DNA from: Nitrospirota bacterium | GTDB lineage: Bacteria > Nitrospirota > UBA9217 | NCBI GenBank assembly: GCA_963754875.1 | Contig: CAVWHO010000016.1 | Location: 32,001 to 96,000, forward strand | Length of the DNA: 64,000 nt | Reading direction: 5' to 3' | Shown here: piece after piece, positions 1 through 10,304 of the stretch | How the letters are laid out: each line of letters begins with the position of its first letter | How positions within the stretch are numbered: position 1 is the stretch's first letter | Position numbers and translations under genes: made by a program | The notes under the pieces: model-generated | Database searches by the model: none | What the model saw: only the letters and a program-made list of their open reading frames with translations | What the model was told of the DNA's origin: nothing

Positions 1-69
1 GCCTATGTAGAAATACATGGCGATGTAGTACCATTCCCAGTGCGGTGCCTGCGATTCCAGGGCCATCAT
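1..69 (-). CDS. NrfD/PsrC-family membrane anchor subunit, 5' fragment (runs off window)
   Basis: Hand translation MMALESQAPHWEWYYIAMYFYIG resembles the NrfD N-terminal W-x-W..I..YF..G pattern. GGAGG RBS at 76-80. Follows the FDH beta gene. Confidence 0.7.
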   Translation of the reverse strand, partial: MMALESQAPHWEWYYIAMYFYIG

Positions 70-94
70 AGTACACCTCCAAATCATCATTTAT

Positions 95-260
95 CACCGC
101 GGAGACGCTGAGAAAAGCAATAGAGACGAGAAGAGTGTTGTCATTCCTGCGAAAGCAGGAATCCAGATCCTTTTTAAAAAGTCGCTGGATTCCGGGTCAA
201 GCCCGGAATGACGAGGCTGACTTATGATTTTCTTCGCGTCCTCTGCGTTCTCTGCGGTAA
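95..260. repeat. Nested palindromic intergenic element: 9-mer (CGCAGAGAA-like) inverted arms enclosing a GTCATTCC...GGAATGAC REP-like hairpin (140-212)
   Basis: accgcggagacgctgag pairs with ctctgcgttctctgcggt. Inner GTCATTCCTGCGAAAGCAGGAATCCAG pairs with CTGGATTCCGGGTCAAGCCCGGAATGAC. Confidence 0.8.
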
Positions 261-271
261 AATAACGTTGT

Positions 272-1087
272 TTACTGCTTCTTTTCCGTTTCCTTCATCC
301 CTTTATCTCTGAAGCTGATGAGCGCGGCAACTGCCACGGCAATTGCGGTCACCACCGTAAGAGCCGCGGACTTGAACAGCCTGCGCTGCGGGACCACCGG
401 GTTCAGCGGCTGGCCGTACACGATGGGGTCGTCCATGAACAGGTAGAAGACGTTCAGGCCGCCAGCTTCGTTGTACCCGTAGATGTTCGCTTTACTGTTG
501 CCGATTGATCTCAACTGAGCCAGCCGGGCATCGGCTTTCTGCTTCAGTTCCACGACTTCGCCGAAGGAAATCGAGCCCGTGGGGCAGGCCTTTGCGCAGG
601 CCGTGCCCAGACCGTTGTGGATGCGGTCGTTGCAGAGCGTGCATTTGTGCACCGTGCCCGTCTGTTCGCTGAAGGAGATCACGCCGTACGGGCATGACGG
701 GATGCAGTACTTGCACCCGATGCAGACGTCCTGCTGAATGAACACGTTGCCCATGTCGGTCCTGACGATGGCCTTGACCGGGCAGGCGTTCAGGCACCCT
801 GCGTCGTTGCAGTGCTTGCAGGAATCGCTCGAAAAGAACCAGTGCCCGTCAATGCGGTTCTCGTTGAACTGTTCGATGAAGCGGACGTGCCGCCAGTCCG
901 TGGCCGAGAGATTTCCCGTGTTGTCATAGGAATTACCCGTGAAATTGAACGCCACAGGATAAGGCCGGTCAGGCACCTTGTGAAAATGTGCCGGTTCGCC
1001 CGGAAGCCCGTTCCATTCCTTGCATGCGACCTGGCAGGCCTTGCAGCCGGTGCAGATCGAGGTGTCTACGAACATTCCCTTTGCCAT
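272..1087 (-). CDS. fdnH: Formate dehydrogenase iron-sulfur (beta) subunit
   Basis: Four Cys clusters (CTGCKACQVAC, CKHC..AGC...CP, CIGCKYC...CP, KCTLC..R......ACAKACP) and a C-terminal TM helix. Abuts the alpha-subunit stop. Confidence 0.9.
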   Translation of the reverse strand: MAKGMFVDTSICTGCKACQVACKEWNGLPGEPAHFHKVPDRPYPVAFNFTGNSYDNTGNLSATDWRHVRFIEQFNENRIDGHWFFSSDSCKHCNDAGCLNACPVKAIVRTDMGNVFIQQDVCIGCKYCIPSCPYGVISFSEQTGTVHKCTLCNDRIHNGLGTACAKACPTGSISFGEVVELKQKADARLAQLRSIGNSKANIYGYNEAGGLNVFYLFMDDPIVYGQPLNPVVPQRRLFKSAALTVVTAIAVAVAALISFRDKGMKETEKKQ

Positions 1088-4000
1088 TACGCAGCACCTC
1101 CTCTCTTGCCTGCCTGGATGTTGCAGGTGAATACCTTCCCTTCGTGGATCGTAACGTTCGGGTCGGCAACGAGCGGCGTAAGATTATTCACTACGTCTCC
1201 TTCGGCCCGGGCCTGCCAGCCCCAGTGCCAGGGAAGGCCGATTTCGTGCACCGTTTTCCCGTTCATGGTAAACGGCCGCATGCGCCTGGTCACGAGCGCT
1301 TTTGCCTGGATCTTGCCGCGCGCTGTCTCGATGGTCATGTACTCGGCGTTCTTGATGCCCTTCTCCGCGGCAAGCTCCGGAGAAATCTCACAGAAGAGCT
1401 CGGGCATCAGTTCCGCGAGCCACGGAAGCCAGCGGGTCATTACACCGGTCAGATGGTGCTCTGTCAGACGGTACGTGGATACGACGATAGGATACTTCGG
1501 GTCAGCTACCTCGTGATAAGGGTTGCCCGGGACCTTCCATGTCTTGGCCACCGGGTTCGACTGCTGTTTGTACAACTGGTTCTGGACAGGTGATTCATAA
1601 GGCTCGTAGTGCGCTGGCATCGGGCCGTCTACGAGGCCTGCAGGAGCAAAGAGCCATGCCTTGCCGTCCGCGCGCATGATGAAGGGGTCGTTCCCTGAAA
1701 GCCAGTCAAACCCGATGCCGTTGTCTTTGCCGCGGAAGTGTGGGGCCTTGGTGGGCAGGAAGTCGATGCCTTCCCCTGCCGGAGAGACCCAGGAGCCATG
1801 GGTGATCTTGCCGCTCGGGTCTTTCACTTCCTTGTTCGGGTCCCAGTAGATAAGCTTCTTCTTCTCCGACCACGGCCTGCCCTGGAGATCGGCAGATGCC
1901 CGGTTGTACATGATGTGGCGGTTCGCGGGCCAGGCAAAACCCCAGTTCGGAGAGATCCAGTTGTCGCCCTGGCGGCTGCGCGCTTTGTTCACGCCTTCTT
2001 CGGGGATCACGCCGGTATAGATCCAGGCGCCACAGACAGTGGAACCGTCTTCCTTGAGAACTGCGAAGGTCGGAAGCGGCTTCTTGTCGTCCCACGTGTA
2101 ACCGTTGATCTCCTTCAGGACCTTATAAGCAGAAGGCTCGTCCTTGATCCGGAAATTCGCAACCTCGGCCGGCTCGGGCTCGTACTCCCAATAGAGGTTC
2201 CTGATCGGCCAATCGTGATCTTTTGGGGAGTTCGCATACATCTTCTTGAGCTGTTTGCCCAGCTTGTACGTGAACCAGATGTCGCTCCTGGCGTCATCGG
2301 GCGGGTCCGCAGCCTTTTCGTGCTGCTGCAGCAGGCGCTGGGTATTCGTGAACGAGCCTTCCATCTCCGAGACCATGGCAGCAGGAAGGAAGAAGACCTC
2401 GGTCTTGATGTCCGACGGCTTCACCTCGCCCTCGGTGACCTCAGGCGAGTTTCTCCAGAAGGCAGCAGTCTCGGTCTCGAAAAAGTCGCGCACCACCATC
2501 CAGTCAAGCTTCGCCAGCGCCCTGCGCTGGTACCTCGCGTTCTGACCGCCCACGGCCGGGTTCTGGCCCATGACGAAGAAGCCCTTGATCTTTCCGTTCA
2601 TCATGTCTACGAACATGGGCAGATGGGAATGATCGCCGGTGATCTTGGGATGGTAATCGTAGCCGTAGTTGTTCTCTTTCGTGGCCGCATCTCCCCACTG
2701 GGCCTTGAAGTAGGAAACAGCGAACTTGGGGTAATTTCCCCAGTAGCTCGTTGCAAGCGGCACGGATTCGGTCAGAATAAAATCCTTGAACGTTTCGTGG
2801 TTCTTCCTGGCATCGGGCATGTTCAGATATCCCGGAAGGGAGTGGTACAGCGTTGCGATGTCCGTCGATCCCTGGATCGTGGCATGGCCGCGAAGCGCGA
2901 GCACTCCTCCGCCGGGACGGCCGATGTTGCCCAAGAGCGCCTGCAGCATCGCGGCCGTGCGGATGATCTGGACACCGACCGTATGCTGGGTCCAGCCCAC
3001 CGCGTAGACTATGTTCGACGTCTTGTCCCTGCCGGAGTTATTGAGCAGCGTCTCAGCGACCTGAAGGAACTTCTCCTTGGGACAGCCGCAGATTTTCTCT
3101 ACCATCTCGGGTGTGTATCGTTTGTAATGCCTCTTCACTATCTGGAACACGGTATGCGGATTCTTGAGCGTAGGATCGGTCTTTGGCCTTCCGGGCACGC
3201 GCTGCAGGAGAAGATCGGTGAAGGTCTTTGCCTCGGAAACGGCAGGCGCAGGCTTTGGCCCGCGCTGGTACGACCACGTCTCGTTGGAGTAGGCCTTGCC
3301 GTCAGCGGAAAGGCCGGAGAACACTCCGTTCAGGTCCTCCGTGTCCTTGAAATCGGGATTCACGAGCGTTGCCGCGTTCGTATAATTCGCCACGTATTCC
3401 TTGAAGAACGGGTCCGTGTTCCAGCGTTTGCTGTTGATTACGTGATTGATAATTCCACCGAGGAACGTGATGTCCGTGCCTGCACGGATGGGCGCGTGAA
3501 TATCGCACAAGGCCGAGGTGCGGGTAAAGCGCGGGTCAACATGCATCAAGACAGCTCCGTGGTCGGTTTTCGCTTTGAGCGGCCAGCGGAATGCCACAGG
3601 ATGGCACTCGGCCATGTTCGAACCCATGATCATGACTGCATCGGAGTTGACAAGATCGCGCGGGAATGTTGTTGAACCACCGCGACCGAAGGAGACCCCC
3701 AGACCGGGGACCGTGGAAGAGTGTCATATCCGCGCTTGATTTTCGAGGTAGACCACGCCCAGGGCGTGGAAAAGTTTCTGGTGAACGTAGTTCCATTCGT
3801 TGTCCATGGTCGCGCCGCCGAGAGAAGCAAGCGCGTACGTGTTCATCACGCGCTTCTTGACGGTCCCGCCCTTCCCGTCGGGCATGTCCTGGTACTCGTT
3901 GAAGTTGTCATCGCGCATTTTTTTCGTGAGCTCGGCGATCCGGTCCATGGCCCAGTCGAGGGGCTTATCTTCCCAATGGTCGCTGCCCGGCGCCCGGTAC

Positions 4001-4329
4001 TTGACCTTGGTCCAGCGCAGATCGTTGTTTACGAACTGGTACGTGGCCGCTCCCTTGGGACAGAGCGTCCCCTGGTTGATCGGGGAATCGGGATTGCCCT
4101 GGATGTCGATGATCTTGCCCTTGTCATCGACCGTCACGATCTGGGCGCAGCCCACGGAACAGTAAGGGCAGAGGCTCGGGACCTGTTTTCCCGACTTGAT
4201 GGGGACCTTTTGGGCCTGCATCTTCGCGGCGATCGTGTCGGCGCCCAGGCCCACGGCTTCGGCGGCAACCGTGGCGCCGATGGCCCCTGATGATATTTTC
4301 AAGAACTGTCTTCTCGTAACTTCCTTCAT
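1087..4329 (-). CDS. fdnG: Selenocysteine-containing formate dehydrogenase alpha subunit (FdnG/FdoG type, Tat-exported), about 1080 aa
   Basis: ORFs 3724-4329 and 1087-3633 are in the same frame, joined by TGA at 3724-3726 in ENQARI-U-HSSTVPGL. Tat motif TRRQFLK; CPYCSVGC...LCPKG cluster; ALRGHATIQG; C-terminal molybdopterin dinucleotide-binding domain. Confidence 0.95.
3690..3723 (-). promoter_or_regulatory. Bacterial SECIS element immediately 3' of the Sec UGA
   Basis: UGA CAC UCU UCC ACG GUC CCC GGU CUG GGG GUC: CCCC/GGGG stem around GGUCU, at the same spacing and with the same apical sequence as the E. coli fdhF SECIS. Confidence 0.8.
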
Positions 4330-4582
4330 GAGTATCGCGGCTCCTTTCCCAAGCTGGCTTCATCCCTATATTTTGAATAATTTTCAAAAATTTGCTGTAT
4401 GCAAAAAAGATAGCGCGCAGAAAGTATGATGTCAAATTGAGCAGCAGTTTTTTGACACGAAAGGCTTACGAATGAGACGGGAAATGCTCTTTGTTGCGGA
4501 ATTGTTTGGCCTATACTTTTACGAAGGCAGTGATTCGTCTCTCCTTTTTCCCTCAGAACTTCCTTTCAAAAGCTAAAAGCCG

Positions 4583-4685
4583 TCTCGCGCAAAGGCGCCA
4601 AGCTCGCAAAAAAAAGCCAGGTCATTTATATTTTAGAACCATGACGTAACGGTTTTCTTTGCGTTCTTTGCGTCTTTGCGCGAAA
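4583..4685. repeat. Inverted repeat of CGCAAAG-based 8-9-nt tandem units
   Basis: tctcgcgcaaaggcgccaagctcgcaaaaaaaa vs the reverse complement of ttttctttgcgttctttgcgtctttgcgcgaaa. Confidence 0.8.
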
Positions 4686-4736
4686 TGATTCTGATTTTGT
4701 CCTTGGGAAATGAAGCAAGGAAATATCTATAAATGA

Positions 4737-4920
4737 TGATGCATTCGTAAAAAGTCGTCATTCCCGCTTGCCTGCGGCCAGCGTTTACGAGTGTATGGCG
4801 GCGAGTGCAGGCTGTCGGGAATCGTAGTGCGTTACAACGTACTGAAAAAGAACGATTCCGGATTCCGGACAAGCCGGAATGACATCAAAGAGAGGGGCTC
4901 GACTTTTTACGAAATCGTCA
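4737..4920. mobile_element. MITE-like element with 20-bp terminal inverted repeats and an internal GTCATTCC...GGAATGAC palindrome
   Basis: Left end TGATGCATTCGTAAAAAGTC; right end (reverse complement) TGACGATTTCGTAAAAAGTC; 17/20 match. No transposase inside. Confidence 0.65.
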
Positions 4921-5964
4921 TAAATAGAGGACAGCAAAAAAGAGGGCCATCAGGCCCAGCCCGAAAGGTACGCCGATCGCGGCCCACGCCCTGCTCGATA
5001 TGCGCAGTTTGTTCGCCGCGATAATGTTAGGAATGTTGCCCGGAACCAGCATGCCGCCGGAAATGATAAGACCCATGATTATACCTTTCACCTGTGCAGT
5101 GGACATTGATGGTCCCAGCTCCGCAGCAGCAAGAGTGGCGTTGTCGAGGATTGCCGACATGATGTTGGCCCAGTAAAGCGCCGGGGCAGGCATGTGCAGG
5201 ATATACCGATCGACCAGCGGCTTAAAGCCCGCGCCGAGCAGTATCAGCGCCATGACGAACACATAGACCTTGAATGCCCGCAGCGCTATATGTTTGAAGG
5301 GCTCGACAAAATCTTCGGTGAGACTCTCGGAGCGCGCGACCTGCTTACCCCGGGAAAGACCTCCGACCAGGGAGATAACGACGAGCCCCGGTAGTATGTA
5401 GGCCCCGAAGACACGCAACAGCATCAAGAAATCGTTGTCGAACGCCCCGCCCCTGAGCTTGGCAGCGGCTATCGTGGACAAGGGCTCGCCGATCGGGGTC
5501 AGGGCCGCGCCCATGCCGATCGAGAAGCAGGCAAAGACGACGAGGCGCGTTTCATATTTTTTGTCGAGGCTGATGGCGCTCACGACCTCGCACAGGACCA
5601 GCGCGGCGATGATCGCGGTGATCACGCTCGAAAGCAGTCCCAGGGAAAAAATAAGCAAAAAGGCGAAGGTCCGCGGCCCGAGCGCATTTTCGATTGCAAC
5701 GATTTTCTTCCTCAACGGCTCGCGCAACGCCCGGAACGCGAGCCCGAAAACGAGTGTGGCAATGGTCAGCTTTACAGGTTCGAGAAATGCCGACTCAGCA
5801 AGCCGCATGGTCAGAAGCGGCTCCGGCCCCATCAGGTGAGAGAGCACCAGCGTACCAGAACCGACAACGAGCAGGAACAGTTCGAGGTTATGCTCGACTT
5901 TCTTCACGAGCAGGGGGAAGAGCAGAATCAGTATAAAGATGAATATGAGAACGTAGATGATCAT
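4918..5964 (-). CDS. DUF1646-family multi-pass membrane protein (putative ion transporter)
   Basis: KKVEHNLELFL, GAALTPIGEPLST, ILDNATLAAAE and GGMLVPGNIPNII motifs. Start moved to MIIYV (AAGGA RBS). Confidence 0.8.
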   Translation of the reverse strand: MIIYVLIFIFILILLFPLLVKKVEHNLELFLLVVGSGTLVLSHLMGPEPLLTMRLAESAFLEPVKLTIATLVFGLAFRALREPLRKKIVAIENALGPRTFAFLLIFSLGLLSSVITAIIAALVLCEVVSAISLDKKYETRLVVFACFSIGMGAALTPIGEPLSTIAAAKLRGGAFDNDFLMLLRVFGAYILPGLVVISLVGGLSRGKQVARSESLTEDFVEPFKHIALRAFKVYVFVMALILLGAGFKPLVDRYILHMPAPALYWANIMSAILDNATLAAAELGPSMSTAQVKGIIMGLIISGGMLVPGNIPNIIAANKLRISSRAWAAIGVPFGLGLMALFFAVLYL

Positions 5965-5992
5965 CGTGAGAGTCCTTGTGCACGTACCAGCT

Positions 5993-6130
5993 AGTGCTGA
6001 GGGCTGGAGAAAAACAAGGACTGAGGTCAAAGTGCTGAGGACTGAGTAAAGGCGCACTGCTCAGTTTTTCACTCAGTCCTCGTCTCTCATGCCTCAGTCC
6101 TCAGTCCTGCTTTTGGTTTTACTCAGCCCT
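5993..6130. repeat. Heptamer (GGACTGA/GTGCTGA vs TCAGTCC) tandem inverted repeat
   Basis: agtgctgaggactgag on the left; ctcagtcctcagtcct on the right. Confidence 0.75.
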
Positions 6131-8615
6131 GCATCACCGAACTAAGCACCTTCCGCAGCCCGTCGAAGCTGTACGGCTTTTGGAGGAAGGCCTTGAAGCC
6201 GTGGGCTGTATAGTTCGAAACCAAGGCATCGTCTGAATACCCGCTCGAAACGACTGCGACCACCGCAGGGTCGATTTCCCTCAATCTTCTCATCGCTTCT
6301 TCGCCGTTCATCCCGCCGCCGCGGACCGTCGCATCCAGAATGACCACGGAAAACGGCGAGCCCGCTGCCTGAGCCGCACAATATTGTTCAATAGCAGACT
6401 CGCCATCGTACGCGAAAACCACCTCCTGTCCGAGCGCTTTCAGCATCTCGCCCACCGAATCGCGCACGACCTCTTCATCGTCCATGACCAGGACCCGGCC
6501 GCTTTGGATCGTGACGGCGGTTTCCGTTTGCTCGGATACAGGCACTGCCGAGTCGCTGGCCGGCAGCCAGATGGTGAAGCAGCTTCCCTGGTCCACGACG
6601 GACGTTACTTCGATCATCCCGCCGTGGTTCTTGACGATCGAGTACGACGTTGCCAGACCCAGGCCGCTCCCGGTCTTTTTGGTCGAGAAATACGGTTCGA
6701 AGATCCGCTGGACATGTTCCTCCGGGATGCCGATGCCGGTGTCCTTGATTTCAATCTTGACCCATCTGCCGGGTCCGGGGACGCCCGACGGGGTCGCACC
6801 CCGGTCGAAATTCTGCGCCGAGATCGTCACGAACCCGCCCGAGGGCATGGCCTGGTCGGCATTGAGTACTATGTTCTGGATTACCTGGCCGATCTGGCCC
6901 TCGTCCGCCTCAACGGGCCAGAGGTCGTCGGCAAGTGCAAAGCGGCAGTCGGACCGCGAACCGCTCAGGGCAAAGCGGGTCGCGTTCTCCATGACGGGCC
7001 CCAGGGACATCGTTCTTTTCACGGGCTGCCCGCCCTTGGAAAACGTCAAAAGCTGGCTCGTGAGGTTCACGGACATCTGGAGCGCTTTCTCCGCCTTGTC
7101 GAGCATAAGGACGGCCTTGTCACGCTGGTCTATCTTGAGCTTGGCCACGGTGAGAAAGCCGAAGACGCCCTGCAAAAGGTTGTTAAAATCGTGGGCGATG
7201 CCTCCTGCCAGCACGCCGATCGCCTCGAGCTTCTGGGCCCGAAGCAGCTCGGCTTCCGCGCGTTTCCTCTCGGAGATGTCCCGGGACACGGCAATGACCA
7301 CGCTGCGGCCTCCGTACATAGCCGGCATGAGGCGTACTTCCTGGGGGAAGGCGGTACTGTCGGATCGCACGCCCCAGAAGTCGATCATTTGGGGTTCGCC
7401 GTCATATGCCCGCCGGATTGCTGCGGCCACTGCGGCGCGGTCAAACATTCCCGGCACGGAAAGCTGCTCCGCCGTTTTGTTCAGGAAAAATTCGCGCGAA
7501 TACCCGTACATGTCCTCGGCCCCCTTGTTCACGTCCAGGAAGCGTCCCTTCTCGTCCTGGATGCAAATGGCGTCGGTTATGCTGTTGAACAGGTTGCGGT
7601 AACTTGCTTCGGACTCGCGCAGACGCTCTTCCGCCTGTTTTCGTTCAGTAATGTCGTGAATGATGGAAAACAACAGGACCCTCTCTTCCGTCTGGATGGG
7701 AGAAGTATGGACCTCGACGGCGCGTATTTCTCCGTTTGAGAGGCGATGGGGGAAGGTGAAATAGTTGCAGTCCTCATGCAGGGCTTGAAGCCGTATCGAA
7801 CGCACCTCTTCCGCAGACAACGTGTTGATGTCCTGGATGCGCATGCGTTTGAGCTGTTCGGAGGAATATCCGTAAAAGCGCTCGGCTGCCGCATTGGCAT
7901 CGACGATTTCTCCGGTATCCGGATCGATGAGCAGCATGACGGCATTGTGTTTCTGGAACATCAGGCGGAAACGTTCCGCACTCTTTTGTACTTCTTCGAG
8001 GAGCTTCACGTTTTCAAAACGAAGCGAGATGGACGAGGTGATGGTCCGGTGGTGGTTGAACGAATACGAGGTAAGGGTCATCAGGTAAATGATGATCAGA
8101 ACACCGATGGTATATTCGATTTCTCCGCCTTCGATGAAGCAGCGGATGGCGTAGAACAGCAGGGCCGGGGCCATCCATGCCGTAGGGCCCAACCGCAGGG
8201 AGGAATGGGACACTGTCGTGGCCGCGGACAAACTGGCAATCACCAGGACGAATAGGGAGATGAGCCCGACGTTGTGCGCAGGGAAAATGATGAAGGAGGA
8301 GAGTCCCCAGATAACGCCCGACACCAGGGCGAGGAGGATATAGACGTTTTTCCAGTATCCACCGTCAAAGGGATGTTCCCGCACCCTGGCGTATCGGAAA
8401 TAAAACACGATCCTGCTCAGGACGATCGCCAGGACCATCCCTATCCATACGACGATGTGCGTTCGGGGGACCGCGGCGCGCGCTGCATAAGCGAGGACGA
8501 GGGCCACGACGAAGGAGGCAAGCTGCATCGTCGGGAGGTCCCTGAGTGCGAGGTTGACCTGCTCGCGTACAATGCCGACCTGAAAGTCCTTCCCTGGTTC
8601 GGTTTTCTTATGCAT
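6123..8615 (-). CDS. Hybrid sensor histidine kinase (multi-TM, 2 PAS, HisKA, HATPase, REC)
   Basis: AGGIAHDFNNLL H-box; DTGIGI and GSGLGLA G-boxes; C-terminal VLVMDDE...VILD...QKP receiver. Confidence 0.92.
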   Translation of the reverse strand: MHKKTEPGKDFQVGIVREQVNLALRDLPTMQLASFVVALVLAYAARAAVPRTHIVVWIGMVLAIVLSRIVFYFRYARVREHPFDGGYWKNVYILLALVSGVIWGLSSFIIFPAHNVGLISLFVLVIASLSAATTVSHSSLRLGPTAWMAPALLFYAIRCFIEGGEIEYTIGVLIIIYLMTLTSYSFNHHRTITSSISLRFENVKLLEEVQKSAERFRLMFQKHNAVMLLIDPDTGEIVDANAAAERFYGYSSEQLKRMRIQDINTLSAEEVRSIRLQALHEDCNYFTFPHRLSNGEIRAVEVHTSPIQTEERVLLFSIIHDITERKQAEERLRESEASYRNLFNSITDAICIQDEKGRFLDVNKGAEDMYGYSREFFLNKTAEQLSVPGMFDRAAVAAAIRRAYDGEPQMIDFWGVRSDSTAFPQEVRLMPAMYGGRSVVIAVSRDISERKRAEAELLRAQKLEAIGVLAGGIAHDFNNLLQGVFGFLTVAKLKIDQRDKAVLMLDKAEKALQMSVNLTSQLLTFSKGGQPVKRTMSLGPVMENATRFALSGSRSDCRFALADDLWPVEADEGQIGQVIQNIVLNADQAMPSGGFVTISAQNFDRGATPSGVPGPGRWVKIEIKDTGIGIPEEHVQRIFEPYFSTKKTGSGLGLATSYSIVKNHGGMIEVTSVVDQGSCFTIWLPASDSAVPVSEQTETAVTIQSGRVLVMDDEEVVRDSVGEMLKALGQEVVFAYDGESAIEQYCAAQAAGSPFSVVILDATVRGGGMNGEEAMRRLREIDPAVVAVVSSGYSDDALVSNYTAHGFKAFLQKPYSFDGLRKVLSSVMQG

Positions 8616-8796
8616 ACGGAGCTCCCTGCTGGTTCTCGGTCAATGCGTTTTTTTATAATACCATATAAGCTTTGCGAGGTCTTTATTTTTTTAGCGGATC
8701 AAGAAATACAAAGGAGCTTGGTAGGGAAGAGTTGAGAGACGGGGGGGATAGGAGCGGGCCTGACATGTTTCTCGGGCGGGGATCCCGCCCAGACAC

Positions 8797-8833
8797 AAAA
8801 AAGGGCCGGCAAGCAATTGGGACATGCCGGCCC
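8797..8833 (-). terminator. Intrinsic terminator downstream of norB
   Basis: GGGCCGGC-N15-GCCGGCCC followed by T6 on the minus strand. Confidence 0.6.
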
Positions 8834-8973
8834 AGGAGTTAGACAGCGACATCTCAAACCGCCCCGTATCCGCGTTGCTGTCCCTGCAACCGGGCGGCGA
8901 CGCCTTTGGATGAACTAGGATGGACCGAACCCGAGATGAGCGTCGCGTCCATCCCGGTATGCCATCAATCAGC

Positions 8974-10293
8974 TTAAGCTTTCACCTTAGCAAGTTTGAA
9001 GAAATCGATGAGAAATATCACGACACCTGCGGCAAACCCCCATGCCGAAACCCAGAACACGGCATACCATAATCTCATATACCCCTGGGTTGTAAGGAAA
9101 TCCATGCCTAGAACTCTCTGGAAATAAACCTGCACGATGCCTGCAATAGCAAGGGACAAGGCCATAAGCCCCATGAAGGAGCACATGAACCAGAAGGCCT
9201 TGATACCGAGCGACTGTTTGAAATTGGGCAAACCCTTCAACTGCGGCATTGCGAAATAGAACATCGTGAGGTTCAGCATGGCATAAGCGCCGAAGAACGC
9301 GAAATGGCCGTGAGATGCTGTTATCTGGGTACCGTGAGTCCACTTGTTGATCTGCGGCAGTGTATGTGCGAAACCCCACACCCCGGCACCGAAGAAATGC
9401 ATGACAGCACAGCCGACTGCCCAAGAGAGGGCCACCCTGTTCGTAATCTCGGACTTTCGCTCCCGCACAACGCGAAGGGTATCAAATACCATGAAGAGGA
9501 TCGGCAGTGGTTCAAGGGCGCTGAAGATGCCCCCCCACCAGAACCAGTAGTTCGGCGTTCCAATCCAGTAGTAATGATGTCCTGTGCCCACAATACCGGT
9601 GAACAAGACAAAGCCGACTTCGATGTAGAGCCACTTCTCCACCAGTTCCCGGTCAACGCCGGTGAGTTTCATAAGCATGAAGGCCATGATCGCGCCGGTA
9701 ATAAGCTCCCAGGCACCTTCCACCCAAAGGTGGATCACCCACCACCACCAGAAGTACTGGTCCGAAAGGTTCTTCATGAAGAATACGCCGAAGAGAAACA
9801 TTCCTGCAAGCATGACCAGTCCGCCCAAAAGCACGCCCTGGATCACGGTCCACTTCTTGGTCTTCAGCATGGTCATGAAAATATTAAAGAGGAAAATCAG
9901 TGCCACGACGACTATCCCGAACTTCAGTACCGTGGGCTGCTCCAGAAACGGCATGCCCCATGTCCAGCCAAGAAGATAACCCACGATTGCCGTGACGCCG
10001 ATGAGCGCAAACAGCACAAGCTGGAAATTCGCAAGTTTTTTACTGTAGAGCTCGGTCTGCGCCTCTTCGGGAATTATGTAGTACGTACCGCCCATAAATC
10101 CGAACAGAAGCCAGACCACGAGCAAGTTGATATGTATTGCCCGCGAGGTGTTAAATGGAACGATGCTGATGAGCGGGTCAAAATCCCACACGTACTTGGC
10201 GCCCGTGATCAGACCGAAAACGATCTGGAGCCCGAACAGGACCGCCGCAATCATGAAGTAATTCATTGCGATCTTCTGTGATTCGTATTTCAT
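8974..10293 (-). CDS. norB: Nitric oxide reductase large subunit (cNOR)
   Basis: RAIHIN, HLWVEG, GTGHHYYW, ALEP and THGTQITASHGH haem-copper-superfamily NOR motifs; many TM helices. Confidence 0.95.
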   Translation of the reverse strand: MKYESQKIAMNYFMIAAVLFGLQIVFGLITGAKYVWDFDPLISIVPFNTSRAIHINLLVVWLLFGFMGGTYYIIPEEAQTELYSKKLANFQLVLFALIGVTAIVGYLLGWTWGMPFLEQPTVLKFGIVVVALIFLFNIFMTMLKTKKWTVIQGVLLGGLVMLAGMFLFGVFFMKNLSDQYFWWWWVIHLWVEGAWELITGAIMAFMLMKLTGVDRELVEKWLYIEVGFVLFTGIVGTGHHYYWIGTPNYWFWWGGIFSALEPLPILFMVFDTLRVVRERKSEITNRVALSWAVGCAVMHFFGAGVWGFAHTLPQINKWTHGTQITASHGHFAFFGAYAMLNLTMFYFAMPQLKGLPNFKQSLGIKAFWFMCSFMGLMALSLAIAGIVQVYFQRVLGMDFLTTQGYMRLWYAVFWVSAWGFAAGVVIFLIDFFKLAKVKA

Positions 10294-10304
10294 CTCATCC
10301 CTCC

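Noticed and set aside
1738..3675. Long plus-strand ORFs (e.g. 1738-3675, 6384-7739, 53682-55205)
   Set aside because: Antisense shadows of well-supported GC-rich minus-strand genes; no recognisable motifs.
3724..4329. Separate 201-aa gene or nonsense-mutated fdh
   Set aside because: The TGA is in frame at the catalytic Sec position and is followed by a SECIS-like hairpin.
5993..6130. CRISPR array (also considered for the other short-repeat spacers)
   Set aside because: Units are 7-9 nt, tandem and inverted, with no unique spacers and no cas genes.
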